Source of the DNA: Clostridiales bacterium
GTDB lineage: Bacteria; Bacillota; Clostridia; Christensenellales; Aristaeellaceae
Assembly: GCA_004555535.1 (NCBI GenBank)
Contig: SFHU01000001.1
Location: 10,678 to 74,677, forward strand
Direction: 5' to 3'
Length of the DNA: 64,000 nucleotides
The notes beneath the pieces were generated by a model that saw only the letters and a list, made by a program, of their open reading frames with translations, was not told where the DNA came from and ran no database searches. Positions 36,194 through 44,756 of this stretch are shown here, piece after piece (the first letter of the stretch is position 1; the number at the start of each line of letters is the position of its first letter). Both the position numbers and the translations under genes were made by a program.

Positions 36194-36256
36194 AGGAGCA
36201 TACGGTCCGCGGGGTTTGCTCCCGACCGAACGACGACAGAGAAAGGGGCTGCTTGC

Positions 36257-36970
36257 ATGGCCAATCCCAATATCCCGACTCCCCATATCACCGCGAAGGA
36301 GGGCGACTTCGCCCGCACCGTGCTGATGCCCGGCGACCCGCTGCGCTCCAAGTTCATCGCGGAAACGTACCTTGAAAACCCCGTGCTGGTCAACAACACG
36401 CGCGGCGTGCAGGGCTATACCGGCGCCTACAAGGGCAAGCGCGTCTCCGTGATGGCCTCCGGCATGGGCATGCCGTCCATCGGCATCTACTCCTATGAGC
36501 TGTTCAACTTCTACGGCGTGGAGAACATCATCCGCGTCGGCACGGCGGGCGGCATCGGCGACAACGTGCACGTGCGCGACATCGTCATCGGCATGAGCGC
36601 GTACACGAATTCGAACTTCGGCAGGCAGTACGGCTTTGACGGCAACGTCGCGCCCTGCTGCTCCTTCAGGCTCCTCGAGGCGGCGGTCAAGGCCGCGCGC
36701 GGCATGGGCATCGAGCCGAACGTCGGCGCGCTGTATTCCTCCGACATCTTCTACGACGAGGCCGGCGGCGCGGGCAAGCTCAAGAAGCTGGGCGTGCTGG
36801 CAACGGAGATGGAAACCGCCGCGCTCTACCTCAACGCCGCGCGCGCGGGCAAGAACGCGCTGGCCATCTGCACGATCTCCGACCACATCTTCACCGGCGA
36901 ATCCCTGCCGGCGCAGGAGCGGCAGGTCAGCTTCACGCAGATGATGGAAATCGCGCTGGAAATTGCGTAA
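36257..36970 (+). CDS. deoD: purine nucleoside phosphorylase DeoD type
   Basis: Trimmed to MANPNIPTPHITAKEGDFARTVLMPGDPLR. SVMASGMGMPSIGIYSYEL, VGTAGG, EMETAALY. Confidence 0.9.
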   Translation: MANPNIPTPHITAKEGDFARTVLMPGDPLRSKFIAETYLENPVLVNNTRGVQGYTGAYKGKRVSVMASGMGMPSIGIYSYELFNFYGVENIIRVGTAGGIGDNVHVRDIVIGMSAYTNSNFGRQYGFDGNVAPCCSFRLLEAAVKAARGMGIEPNVGALYSSDIFYDEAGGAGKLKKLGVLATEMETAALYLNAARAGKNALAICTISDHIFTGESLPAQERQVSFTQMMEIALEIA

Positions 36971-36984
36971 ACAGAGAGAGCGCC

Positions 36985-37452
36985 ATGAGCATCGAAAGAG
37001 CGCGGGCCCACCTGCAAAAGCACGGGCTCGCGGACAGAATCATCGAATTGGACGTCTCCAGCGCGACGGTCGCCCTGGCGGCGCAGGCGCTGAACTGCGA
37101 GAGCAACCGCATTGCCAAGACGCTCTCCTTCTCGCGCGGCGAGGGCGCGATCCTCATCCTCGCGGCGGGCGACGCGCGCATCAACAACGCGAAATTCAAG
37201 GCCCGCTTCGGCATGAAGGCGCACATGCTGCCCCACGACGCCGTCGAGCCGCTGATCGGCCACGCGGTCGGCGGGGTCTGCCCGTTCGGCATCAATCCCG
37301 GCGTGCCGGTGTATCTGGATGAATCGCTGCGCGCGTTTGACATCGTCTATCCCGCGGCGGGCACGGCCGCCAGCGCCGTGCGCCTGAGCCTCGAGGAGCT
37401 CGAGCGCGCCAGCGAGGCCGAAGGCTGGGTCGATGTCTGCAAGGCGCTTTGA
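36985..37452 (+). CDS. YbaK/EbsC-family aminoacyl-tRNA deacylase
   Basis: 155 aa; IAKTL..., GHAVGGVCPFG motif. Confidence 0.8.
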   Translation: MSIERARAHLQKHGLADRIIELDVSSATVALAAQALNCESNRIAKTLSFSRGEGAILILAAGDARINNAKFKARFGMKAHMLPHDAVEPLIGHAVGGVCPFGINPGVPVYLDESLRAFDIVYPAAGTAASAVRLSLEELERASEAEGWVDVCKAL

Positions 37453-37800
37453 CCGCCGCGAAGCGAAGAAGGGTCAAGGGGCTTAGCCCCTTGCGGGGTC
37501 TGGGGCAGCGCCCCAGGCAGGCTTGGGCGGCAGCCCAACGTTCCCTAATCAATCATTCAAGAAAACGTAGTCTCAGAGCAGGCTGCAAAGCAGCCTACGA
37601 TTGAGACGGGTTATCCATGCCAGGGCGGCTGGAAGCTTCTCAGCTGAAACGATCCGGGATTTCAGTAAAACCTCATTTGCGTCTGGGAAGACGCGCTCCG
37701 CGGGCCAGAGGGCGGAGGAGGGATCTCGACCTCCCCCCTCCACCCTCTGGACTCCCCCACCCCCTCGAAACGACCAGGGCTGCGGCCCTGGACCCGGGGC
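37453..37800 (-). repeat. interspersed modular repeat, long form (core 37564..37612)
   Basis: Begins 1 nt after the ybaK stop with CCGCCGCGAAGCGAAGAAGGGTCAAGGGGCTTAGCCCCTTG and ends with CCAGGGCTGCGGCCCTGGACCCGGGGC. Module order is colinear with 31421..31761 in reverse complement. Confidence 0.85.
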
Positions 37801-37897
37801 TTTTCTCGTGCTTTGTAAAAGAACGGCTCTTACCATAAAGCGTCCGTTTCTGCACATGATTTTACTACCGTCCCCCACGGGACAGGAAGGACACCAC

Positions 37898-38710
37898 ATG
37901 CTCAATAGAATCTTCATCTCCGCCGACATCGAGGGCACCTGCGGCATCGCCCACTGGGACGAGACCGAGCTGGGCAAGGGCGAATACGAATACTTCCGCC
38001 GTCAGATGACCGCCGAGGTCGCCGCCGCGTGCGAGGGCGCGCAGGCCGGCGGCAGCGACGGCATCACCATCAAGGACGCGCACGACAGCGCGCGCAACCT
38101 GATTCCCGCGAGCCTGCCGGAGGGCATCGAGATCTTCCGCGGCTGGGGCAGCGACATCCACTCCATGATGTCCGGCATCGACTCGAGCTTCTGCGGCGCG
38201 ATCTTCACCGGCTATCATTCCTCCTCCAACACCGACACCAGCCCGCTCTCCCACACGATGAACCTGAACAACACCTCCGTCACGATCAACGGCATTCAGG
38301 CCAGCGAGATGCTGATCAACGCCTTCACGGCGGCGTATTACGACGTGCCGCTGCTGCTGGTGACGGGCGACCTGGGCGTCTGCGAGCAGGCGAAGCGCCT
38401 CAACCCGAACATCGTGACCGTCCCCGTGCAGAAGGGCCGCGGCAACGGCACGATCTCCATCCATCCCGCCGAGGCCGTGCGCCGCATCCGCGAGGCGGCG
38501 GAGACCGCCGTGCGCGAGGGAATCAAAAACCCGGACAGCTTCCGCATCGACCTGCCCAACAAGTTCGACGTGGAGGTCGAGTTCCGCCAGCATCAGCACG
38601 CCCGCCGCGCCAGCTTCTATCCGGGCGTGCGGCAGACCGCGCCGCGAAAGGTGCTCTTCAGCTCCGACGCGTACTATGACGTGCTGCGGTTCTTCATGTT
38701 CTGCCTGTAA
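37898..38710 (+). CDS. dppA: D-aminopeptidase DppA (peptidase M55)
   Basis: Trimmed to MLNRIFISADIEGTCGI (RBS GGAAGG). KDAHDSARN, TGYHS; M55 pattern. Confidence 0.85.
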   Translation: MLNRIFISADIEGTCGIAHWDETELGKGEYEYFRRQMTAEVAAACEGAQAGGSDGITIKDAHDSARNLIPASLPEGIEIFRGWGSDIHSMMSGIDSSFCGAIFTGYHSSSNTDTSPLSHTMNLNNTSVTINGIQASEMLINAFTAAYYDVPLLLVTGDLGVCEQAKRLNPNIVTVPVQKGRGNGTISIHPAEAVRRIREAAETAVREGIKNPDSFRIDLPNKFDVEVEFRQHQHARRASFYPGVRQTAPRKVLFSSDAYYDVLRFFMFCL

Positions 38711-38817
38711 GCGGGCATAAAACGAGGGTCTTCTCCTTGGGACGGGAGAAGACCCTTTTTTGTTCAGGAAGACGCTCCGAAGCCTGGCGCGGCCGAAGGC
38801 CGTGACGGATGCAGTCT

Positions 38818-39696
38818 TCACCGCTCCATGAAGTCCCAGAGCCTTTGCAGCTCCTCCTGGCTGGCGTATTCCAGGATGATTTTGCCCTTCTGCTCGCTGC
38901 CCGTGAGGCTGACCTTGAGGCCCGTCGCGCTGCGCAGCCGCTCGGTCAGCTCCTCATACTCGACGGGGAGCGGATCTGGCTTTTTCTTTTCCTTCTTCTC
39001 GGGCGCGTTCTTCGCCGCGGCCTCGAGCTGGCGCACCGACCAGCCGAATTGCAGCGTCTTGGCGAAGAGATTCGCCTGCTGCTCGCGGTTCTCGATGCCC
39101 GCGAGCACGCGCGCATGCCCGGCGGAGAGCGTCCCGTCGATCACGGCCTGCTGAATCCGCGCGGGCAGGTTCAAAAGCCGCAGCAGGTTGGCGATGGCCG
39201 GGCGGCTGCGCCCGAGCCGCTCGGCGACGGCCTCCTGCGTCAGCGCGCATTCGTTCATCAGCGCGTAAATGCCCTGCGCCTCCTCGATGGGGTTGAGGTC
39301 CTCGCGCTGGATGTTCTCCACCAGCGCGGCCTCCTGCCGCTTGATGTCGTCCCATTCGCGCACAATGGCGGGAATCGTGGAGAGCCCCGCAATGCGCGCC
39401 GCGCGCCAGCGGCGCTCGCCCGCGATGATCGTGTAGCGGCTGCCGCTGCGGGCGACGAGGATCGGCGAGATCACGCCGCTGTGGCGGATGGATTCGGCCA
39501 GCGCGAGCAGCGCGTCGTCGTCAAAGCGCTTGCGCGGCTGGTTGCGGTTGGGATCGATCTCGCCCAGCGGCAGCTCCACGACCGCGCCCTCGGGCGCCGG
39601 CGTGCCCGCCTGCGCGGACTCGACCGATTCGACAACCTCTTCCACGTCCGGCAGGATCGCGCTCAGGCCCCTGCCCAGCCCCATTTTCTTCGCCAT
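38818..39696 (-). CDS. spo0J: chromosome partitioning protein ParB/Spo0J
   Basis: Trimmed to MAKKMGLGRGLSAIL (RBS GAGGGAG). PNRNQPRKRFD, GERRWRAA, LVENIQREDLNPIEEA. Confidence 0.9.
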   Translation of the reverse strand: MAKKMGLGRGLSAILPDVEEVVESVESAQAGTPAPEGAVVELPLGEIDPNRNQPRKRFDDDALLALAESIRHSGVISPILVARSGSRYTIIAGERRWRAARIAGLSTIPAIVREWDDIKRQEAALVENIQREDLNPIEEAQGIYALMNECALTQEAVAERLGRSRPAIANLLRLLNLPARIQQAVIDGTLSAGHARVLAGIENREQQANLFAKTLQFGWSVRQLEAAAKNAPEKKEKKKPDPLPVEYEELTERLRSATGLKVSLTGSEQKGKIILEYASQEELQRLWDFMER

Positions 39697-39793
39697 GCTC
39701 AGATGCTCCCTCATTCCCGGGGGAAGGTTCTTCCCCTGATCTTGCGGCGTGACGCCGGTAAATTGGGTCTGTATGCCCGCTTGGCAGGCTCAA

Positions 39794-40028
39794 ACCCGTC
39801 TCAATCGTAGGCCGCTTCGCGGCCTGCTCTGAGACTACGTTCTCTTTTTCTATTTTTGGGGGATACGATAGGGCTGCCGCCCTATGACCTGCCTGAGGGA
39901 TTTCAGGCCGGGGAACTCGCATGGTCGCGCTGCGGCGCTTCCTGCGATTCCCGACGCTTCGTCTGCCTCTTTCCGCCATTGGCGGCGGCAGACTTCGGTC
40001 CCCTCAGACTCCCTTCTTCGCTTCGCGC
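39794..40028 (+). repeat. interspersed modular repeat, short form with an approx. 100-bp insertion in the H3 hairpin (core 39794..39842)
   Basis: Core with GGCCGC/GCGGCC stem, then GATAGGGCTGCCGCCCTATGACC, then CTGAGGGATTTCA[insert]CCCCTCAGACTCCCTTCTTCGCTTCGCG. Compare 59631..59767, which lacks the insert. Confidence 0.85.
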
Positions 40029-40048
40029 TGTTTGAAGCGGGCGCTGCG

Positions 40049-40807
40049 TTACACTCTGCTCAAAAATTCCTTCGCCAGCGCCTGATAGCTCTGCGCGCCC
40101 AGCGAGCGCGGGTCGTAGAGGCTGATGGGCAGGCCGTGGCTCGGGGCCTCGCCCAGACGCACGTTGCGCGGAATGACCGTGCCAAAGACCTTGCCCTTGA
40201 AGACCTTGCGCACCTCCTGGGCGACCTGCACGCCCAGATTCGTGCGCGCGTCGAGCATCGTCAGCACGACGCCGTCGATCGTCAGCCGCCGGTTGATGCG
40301 CTGCACCTTCTGAATCGTGCCCATCAGCGCGCTGACGCCCTCCAGCGCGTAATACTCGCACTGGATCGGGATGAGCACGCCGTCGGCGGCGCACAGCGCG
40401 TTGAGCGTGATCAGCCCCAGCGAGGGCGGGCAGTCGATGAAGATATAGTCGTAATCATCCCCCGCGCCGGCAAGCGCCTCGGCGAGCACATGCTCGCGCC
40501 GCTCCATGCCGGCCAGCTCGATCTCCGCGCCGGCCAGACGGATATCCGCCGGGAGGACGAAGAGCGTGTCGATGCCGGTCTTGACGGCGGCGTCGGAAAG
40601 CGCCGCCTCCCCCGCCATGACCTCATAGACCGTCTTCGTCTTCTCCCGCACGCGCACGCCGAAGCCGCTCGACGTATTGCCCTGCGGATCGGCGTCCACG
40701 ACGAGCACGCGGCGGCCCTCCTGCGCGATGCAGGCGGAGAGGTTGACGCTGGTGGTCGTCTTGCCCACGCCGCCCTTCTGGTTCGTAATTGCAATGATTC
40801 TGGCCAT
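40049..40807 (-). CDS. soj: ParA/Soj partitioning ATPase
   Basis: Trimmed to MARIIAITNQKGGVGKTTTSVNL (deviant Walker A). DADPQGN, IDCPPSLG. Confidence 0.9.
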   Translation of the reverse strand: MARIIAITNQKGGVGKTTTSVNLSACIAQEGRRVLVVDADPQGNTSSGFGVRVREKTKTVYEVMAGEAALSDAAVKTGIDTLFVLPADIRLAGAEIELAGMERREHVLAEALAGAGDDYDYIFIDCPPSLGLITLNALCAADGVLIPIQCEYYALEGVSALMGTIQKVQRINRRLTIDGVVLTMLDARTNLGVQVAQEVRKVFKGKVFGTVIPRNVRLGEAPSHGLPISLYDPRSLGAQSYQALAKEFLSRV

Positions 40808-40826
40808 AGTATTCCTCAAGCTTCCA

Positions 40827-41285
40827 TCACCGGCGCTGGCCGTTCTCCTCCAGCACCTGCGTAATCCATTCCCGGTCAAAGCCGTCGAGCGGGAAGCGCG
40901 CGAGCAGCTCGCGCATCGCGGCAAAGGAGCCCTCGCGGGCGAGGTCAAAGAGCGCGCTTTGCAGCGCCTCGCTCACATCCATGCGCGCGTAGGCGAGGGC
41001 GAGCAGCCTGTCCGCCAGGTCGCGCAGGCGGTCGCTGGTCACGCGCTCGCGCCGCCCGCCGTCAAGCTGCACGACCATCGAGCGCTCCGTGCCCAGATAC
41101 ACGGCGTTGAAGAGCACGGAATCCAGCCGGCGCCAGATTTCGGCGGGCGAATCCTGTGTGCGCATGAAGCGCACGAGCTGCGCGTTGATCGTATAGACGA
41201 GCTCCGGGCTCTTGCGCACCAGCGCGCTCCCCAGCGCGCCCATGAGCATGCCCTCAATCTGATCCAGCCTGCCCGGCATCGTCAT
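40827..41285 (-). CDS. hypothetical protein immediately upstream of soj
   Basis: 152-aa ORF ending 19 nt before the soj start; helical, no family recognised. Confidence 0.5.
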   Translation of the reverse strand: MTMPGRLDQIEGMLMGALGSALVRKSPELVYTINAQLVRFMRTQDSPAEIWRRLDSVLFNAVYLGTERSMVVQLDGGRRERVTSDRLRDLADRLLALAYARMDVSEALQSALFDLAREGSFAAMRELLARFPLDGFDREWITQVLEENGQRR

Positions 41286-41426
41286 CCCTCCTGCTCCATC
41301 GGCCTGTAAAGCCGCATCCGTATCCAGTCTTTATTCTACACTCTCTGCTTCCCCTCCTGCAAGGGGTTTTGGCGAAATTGGGAAATTCCGGCCGGCCGGC
41401 GCGAAAGCGCGCCGCCGCGCGGTCAG

Positions 41427-41455
41427 TTTACATTTGCCGTCTTCTGGCGTATAAT
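41427..41455 (+). promoter_or_regulatory. promoter TTTACA-17-TATAAT for tldD-pmbA
   Basis: Seen directly; 30 nt upstream of the tldD ATG. Confidence 0.5.
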
Positions 41456-41485
41456 AAAGTGAAAAAATATGCGAGGAGGACAACC

Positions 41486-42871
41486 ATGCTTTCAACAGCC
41501 ATCTGCCAGCGGGTGCTCAGCCGGGCGCTCTCCCGCGGCGGCACGTTCGCGGAGATCTTCGCCGAGGACGACCGGAATTTCTCGATGCTGCTGCGCTCCC
41601 GCAAGATCGAGAACGCCGGCTTTTCGCGCCCGCGCGGCGCGGGCATCCGCGTCTATGACGGCCTGCGCTCCATCTATGTCTACACCTGCGACATGACCGA
41701 AGGCGGTCTGCTGCGCGCGGCGGAGCAGGCGGCCGCCGCCGTCACCGACACGCGCGGCGCCGGAAAGGACGTCGTGCTCCGCGCCTCTGCCGTGCAAAAC
41801 ATCCATCCCGTGCGCGAGAGCGTGCTCTCCGTGCCTGCGCAAAGGCGCGCGGATATCCTGCGCACGGCGGACGCGGCGGCGCGCGCCGTCTCCCCGTCAA
41901 TCTCCCAGGTGACGGCGGGGCTGATCTCCCGCGAGCAGCATGTGCTCATCGCCAACAGCGAGGGCCTCTACGCGCAGGATACGCGCGTCTATACCCGTCT
42001 GACCTGCTCTGCGGTCGCCAGCAACGGCTCGGAAAACCAGACCGGCACGGAGAACCCCGGCGCGCTGATGGGCTTTGAGCTCTTCAGCGAGCGCGTCGAC
42101 CCCGAGCAGGCCGGCAAGGCGGCGGCGACCTCCGCCGTGACGATGCTGACCGCGCCCTATTGCGCGGCGGGCGAGATGCCCGTGGTCATCGCGGGCGGCT
42201 TCGGCGGCGTCATCTTCCACGAGGCCTGCGGCCATTCCCTGGAGGCGACGAGCGTGCAGCCGGGCATGAGCGAGTTTTCCGGCAAGCTCGGGCAGACCAT
42301 CGCCGCGCCCTGCGTCACGGCCATCGACGACGGCACGATGCAAAACGAATGGGGCAGCGAAAATATCGACGACGAGGGCACGCCGACCACGCGCCTGGTG
42401 CTCATCGAGCGCGGCGTGCTCAAAAACTACATGGTCGACCGGCTCAACGGCCTCAAGATGGGCATGGCGCCGACCGGCAACGGCCGCCGCGAGAGCTATG
42501 CCTACGCGCCGACCAGCCGCATGCGCAACACCTACATCGCCCCCGGCGAGGACGACGAGGAGGAGATGCTGCGCACGATGGGCGACGGGCTGTACGCCGC
42601 GAAGATGGGCGGCGGCAGCGTCAACCCCGCGACCGGCGAATTCAACTTCGCCGTGCAGGAGGGCTATCTCGTGCGCGACGGCAAAATCGCCTCGCCCGTT
42701 CGCGGCGCGTCGCTGATCGGCCGCGGCGGCGAGATCCTCATGCGCATCGACCGCGTGGGCAAAGAGATGACGATGGGCCAGGGCATGTGCGGCTCCCTGA
42801 GCGGCAGCGTGCCGACGAACGTCGGCCAGCCGACCATCCGCGTGAGCCGGCTGACCGTCGGCGGAAAGTGA
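41486..42871 (+). CDS. tldD: TldD-family metalloprotease
   Basis: Trimmed to MLSTAICQRVL (RBS GAGGAGGA). HEACGHSLE zinc motif; C-terminal GMCG..G pattern. Confidence 0.9.
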   Translation: MLSTAICQRVLSRALSRGGTFAEIFAEDDRNFSMLLRSRKIENAGFSRPRGAGIRVYDGLRSIYVYTCDMTEGGLLRAAEQAAAAVTDTRGAGKDVVLRASAVQNIHPVRESVLSVPAQRRADILRTADAAARAVSPSISQVTAGLISREQHVLIANSEGLYAQDTRVYTRLTCSAVASNGSENQTGTENPGALMGFELFSERVDPEQAGKAAATSAVTMLTAPYCAAGEMPVVIAGGFGGVIFHEACGHSLEATSVQPGMSEFSGKLGQTIAAPCVTAIDDGTMQNEWGSENIDDEGTPTTRLVLIERGVLKNYMVDRLNGLKMGMAPTGNGRRESYAYAPTSRMRNTYIAPGEDDEEEMLRTMGDGLYAAKMGGGSVNPATGEFNFAVQEGYLVRDGKIASPVRGASLIGRGGEILMRIDRVGKEMTMGQGMCGSLSGSVPTNVGQPTIRVSRLTVGGK

Positions 42872-42879
42872 GGATCAGC

Positions 42880-44217
42880 ATGGAGATGAATATTTCGCAG
42901 TTCGCCGCGCGCGTGTTTGACGCCGCCCGTGAGGCGGGCATCGCCCCGGCGGAGATCTGCTACAGCAGCAGCGAGAGCTTCACGGCGCGCGCCCGCGACG
43001 GCAAGCTCGAGGACTACCAGGTCAGCGACCGCGTGAGCCTGACGCTGCGCGGCTGCGCCGGCGGGCGCATCGGCACGAGCACGACGCAGGCGCTGGACGA
43101 GGAGAGCGTCGCGCTGCTCGTGCAGGGCGTCAAGGAGAGCGCCTCGCTGATCGAAAACGACGAGCAGGACGAGATTCTCCCGCCGGACGAGCGCTACGAA
43201 TCCGTCTGCAATTACAGCGGCGAGCTGGACAGGCTCCCGCCGCAGGAGAAGATCGCCCTGGCGATGGACATCGACGCGCGCATGCACGACGGCGACGCGC
43301 GCATCAAGCCGGACGTCTCCGTCGTCTCCACGGGCAAGGAGACCTTCTGCCTCAAGAACACGCTGGGGCTCGACCTGACGCACACCAGCAACATGATCTA
43401 TGGCTACACCTCCGCGCTGGCCAAGGAGGGCGAGCGCGCCGCCTCGGGCTTCAAGCTCCTGTGGGGCTACAAAAAGGAGGACGTGAACGCGCAAAAGCTC
43501 GCGCAGGACTGCCAGGAAGAGGCGCTTTGCAACCTCGGCGCGGGGCGCATGAGAAGCGGCGCGACGCCCGTGGTCATCAAGAACAGCGCGATGGGCGACC
43601 TGCTCTCGACCTTCTCGGGCATCTTCTCCGCGGACAACGCGCAAAAGGGCATCTCGCTGCTCGCCGGGCGCGAGGGCGAGACGATCGCCAGCGCCTGCGT
43701 GACCATCACGGACGACCCGCTGCTGCCCTGGGGACTGGGGAGCAGCCCGTTTGACCGCGAGGGCGCGGCGACGCGCACGAAGAACGTCGTCGAGGGCGGC
43801 GTGCTCAAGACGCTGCTGCACAACCGGCAGACCGCGAAGAAGGCCGGCGTCAAGACGACCGGCAACGCGGCGGGCGGCGGGCGCGTCGCGCCGAGCAATC
43901 TGTTCATCGCGCCGGGCACGCTTGCGGCGGGCGACCTGCTGCGCAACATGGGCGACGGGCTGTATCTGACGGAGGTCAGCGGCCTGCACGCCGGCGCGAA
44001 CCCGATCAGCGGCGACTTTTCGCTGCTCGCGCGGGGCTTTGAGATCAAAGGCGGCGAATGCGTGCGCGCCGTGGAGCAATTCACGGTCGCGGGCAACTTC
44101 TACCAGCTGCTCAGGGATATCCTGAGCGTCGGCAGCGACCTGCACTTCGAGGGCTCGCCCATCGGCAGCCCGACGGTCGCCGTGCGCAGCCTGAGCATAG
44201 CCGGTGCGGACGAATAA
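42880..44217 (+). CDS. pmbA: PmbA/TldE-family protein (TldD partner)
   Basis: Starts MEMNISQFAARVFD 9 nt after the tldD stop. TldD/PmbA fold without the HExxxH motif. Confidence 0.85.
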   Translation: MEMNISQFAARVFDAAREAGIAPAEICYSSSESFTARARDGKLEDYQVSDRVSLTLRGCAGGRIGTSTTQALDEESVALLVQGVKESASLIENDEQDEILPPDERYESVCNYSGELDRLPPQEKIALAMDIDARMHDGDARIKPDVSVVSTGKETFCLKNTLGLDLTHTSNMIYGYTSALAKEGERAASGFKLLWGYKKEDVNAQKLAQDCQEEALCNLGAGRMRSGATPVVIKNSAMGDLLSTFSGIFSADNAQKGISLLAGREGETIASACVTITDDPLLPWGLGSSPFDREGAATRTKNVVEGGVLKTLLHNRQTAKKAGVKTTGNAAGGGRVAPSNLFIAPGTLAAGDLLRNMGDGLYLTEVSGLHAGANPISGDFSLLARGFEIKGGECVRAVEQFTVAGNFYQLLRDILSVGSDLHFEGSPIGSPTVAVRSLSIAGADE

Positions 44218-44233
44218 AAAGGCGGCAAACCGC

Positions 44234-44288
44234 CGCGAAGCGAAGAAGGGTCAAGGGGCTAAGCCCCTTGACCCTATTTCGCTTCGCG
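44234..44288. repeat. tail-to-tail palindromic repeat fragment
   Basis: CGCGAAGCGAAGAAGGGTCAAGGGGCT-A-AGCCCCTTGACCCTATTTCGCTTCGCG, a near-perfect 55-nt palindrome between convergent pmbA and thrE-type genes. Confidence 0.8.
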
Positions 44289-44756
44289 CGGGTTAAAGCG
44301 GCTTCGCGGGGTAATGCTCCCCCGTCGCATGCCCAGGGCGCGGAAGACCACCGATGTGACCGCCGCGCCGACGGCAATCGCGCCGACGATCTGCACCGCC
44401 TGAAGTCCATAGGCCGCAGCGGCCGCGCCCTGATCCTCCACCAGCGCGAGCATCGCGCGATAGAAACTGTAGCCGGGCACGAGCGGCACGAGCGCGCTGA
44501 GCAGGAAGATCGTCGTGGGCGTGCGCATCACGCGCGCCGCAATCTCGCAGATGACAGCGATGACGACCGTCGAGAGGAAATAGCTGAAAATCAGGCTCTG
44601 GCCCATGCCGCGGCTCAGCAGCAGATAGAGCACGTACCCCAGCACACCGATGAGCGACGAGGGCAGCAGCGTCCGCCTCGGCGCGTTGAGCAGGCAGGCC
44701 AGGCCGATCGTGCCGCCAAACGCGCCGGCAGCCCCGACGAGCAGCTCACGAATCAC
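44274..44756 (-). CDS. threonine/serine exporter family protein, C-terminal-type half (DUF3815-like)
   Basis: GTG 44756 overlaps the upstream stop (GTGA). 160 aa, 4-5 TM. The last codons NPREAK are encoded by the repeat tail. Confidence 0.7.
   Translation of the reverse strand: MIRELLVGAAGAFGGTIGLACLLNAPRRTLLPSSLIGVLGYVLYLLLSRGMGQSLIFSYFLSTVVIAVICEIAARVMRTPTTIFLLSALVPLVPGYSFYRAMLALVEDQGAAAAAYGLQAVQIVGAIAVGAAVTSVVFRALGMRRGSITPRSRFNPREAK

Noticed and set aside
39521-39979. ORFs crossing repeat copies that share peptide strings such as SEQAA..PTIETG, e.g. 39521..39979, 57655..57861, the N-terminal extension of 60039..61040, and 17268..18143.
   Set aside because: The shared peptides are simply translations of the 48-nt repeat core. 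The reading frame, strand and ORF boundaries differ between copies, and no RBS is present.
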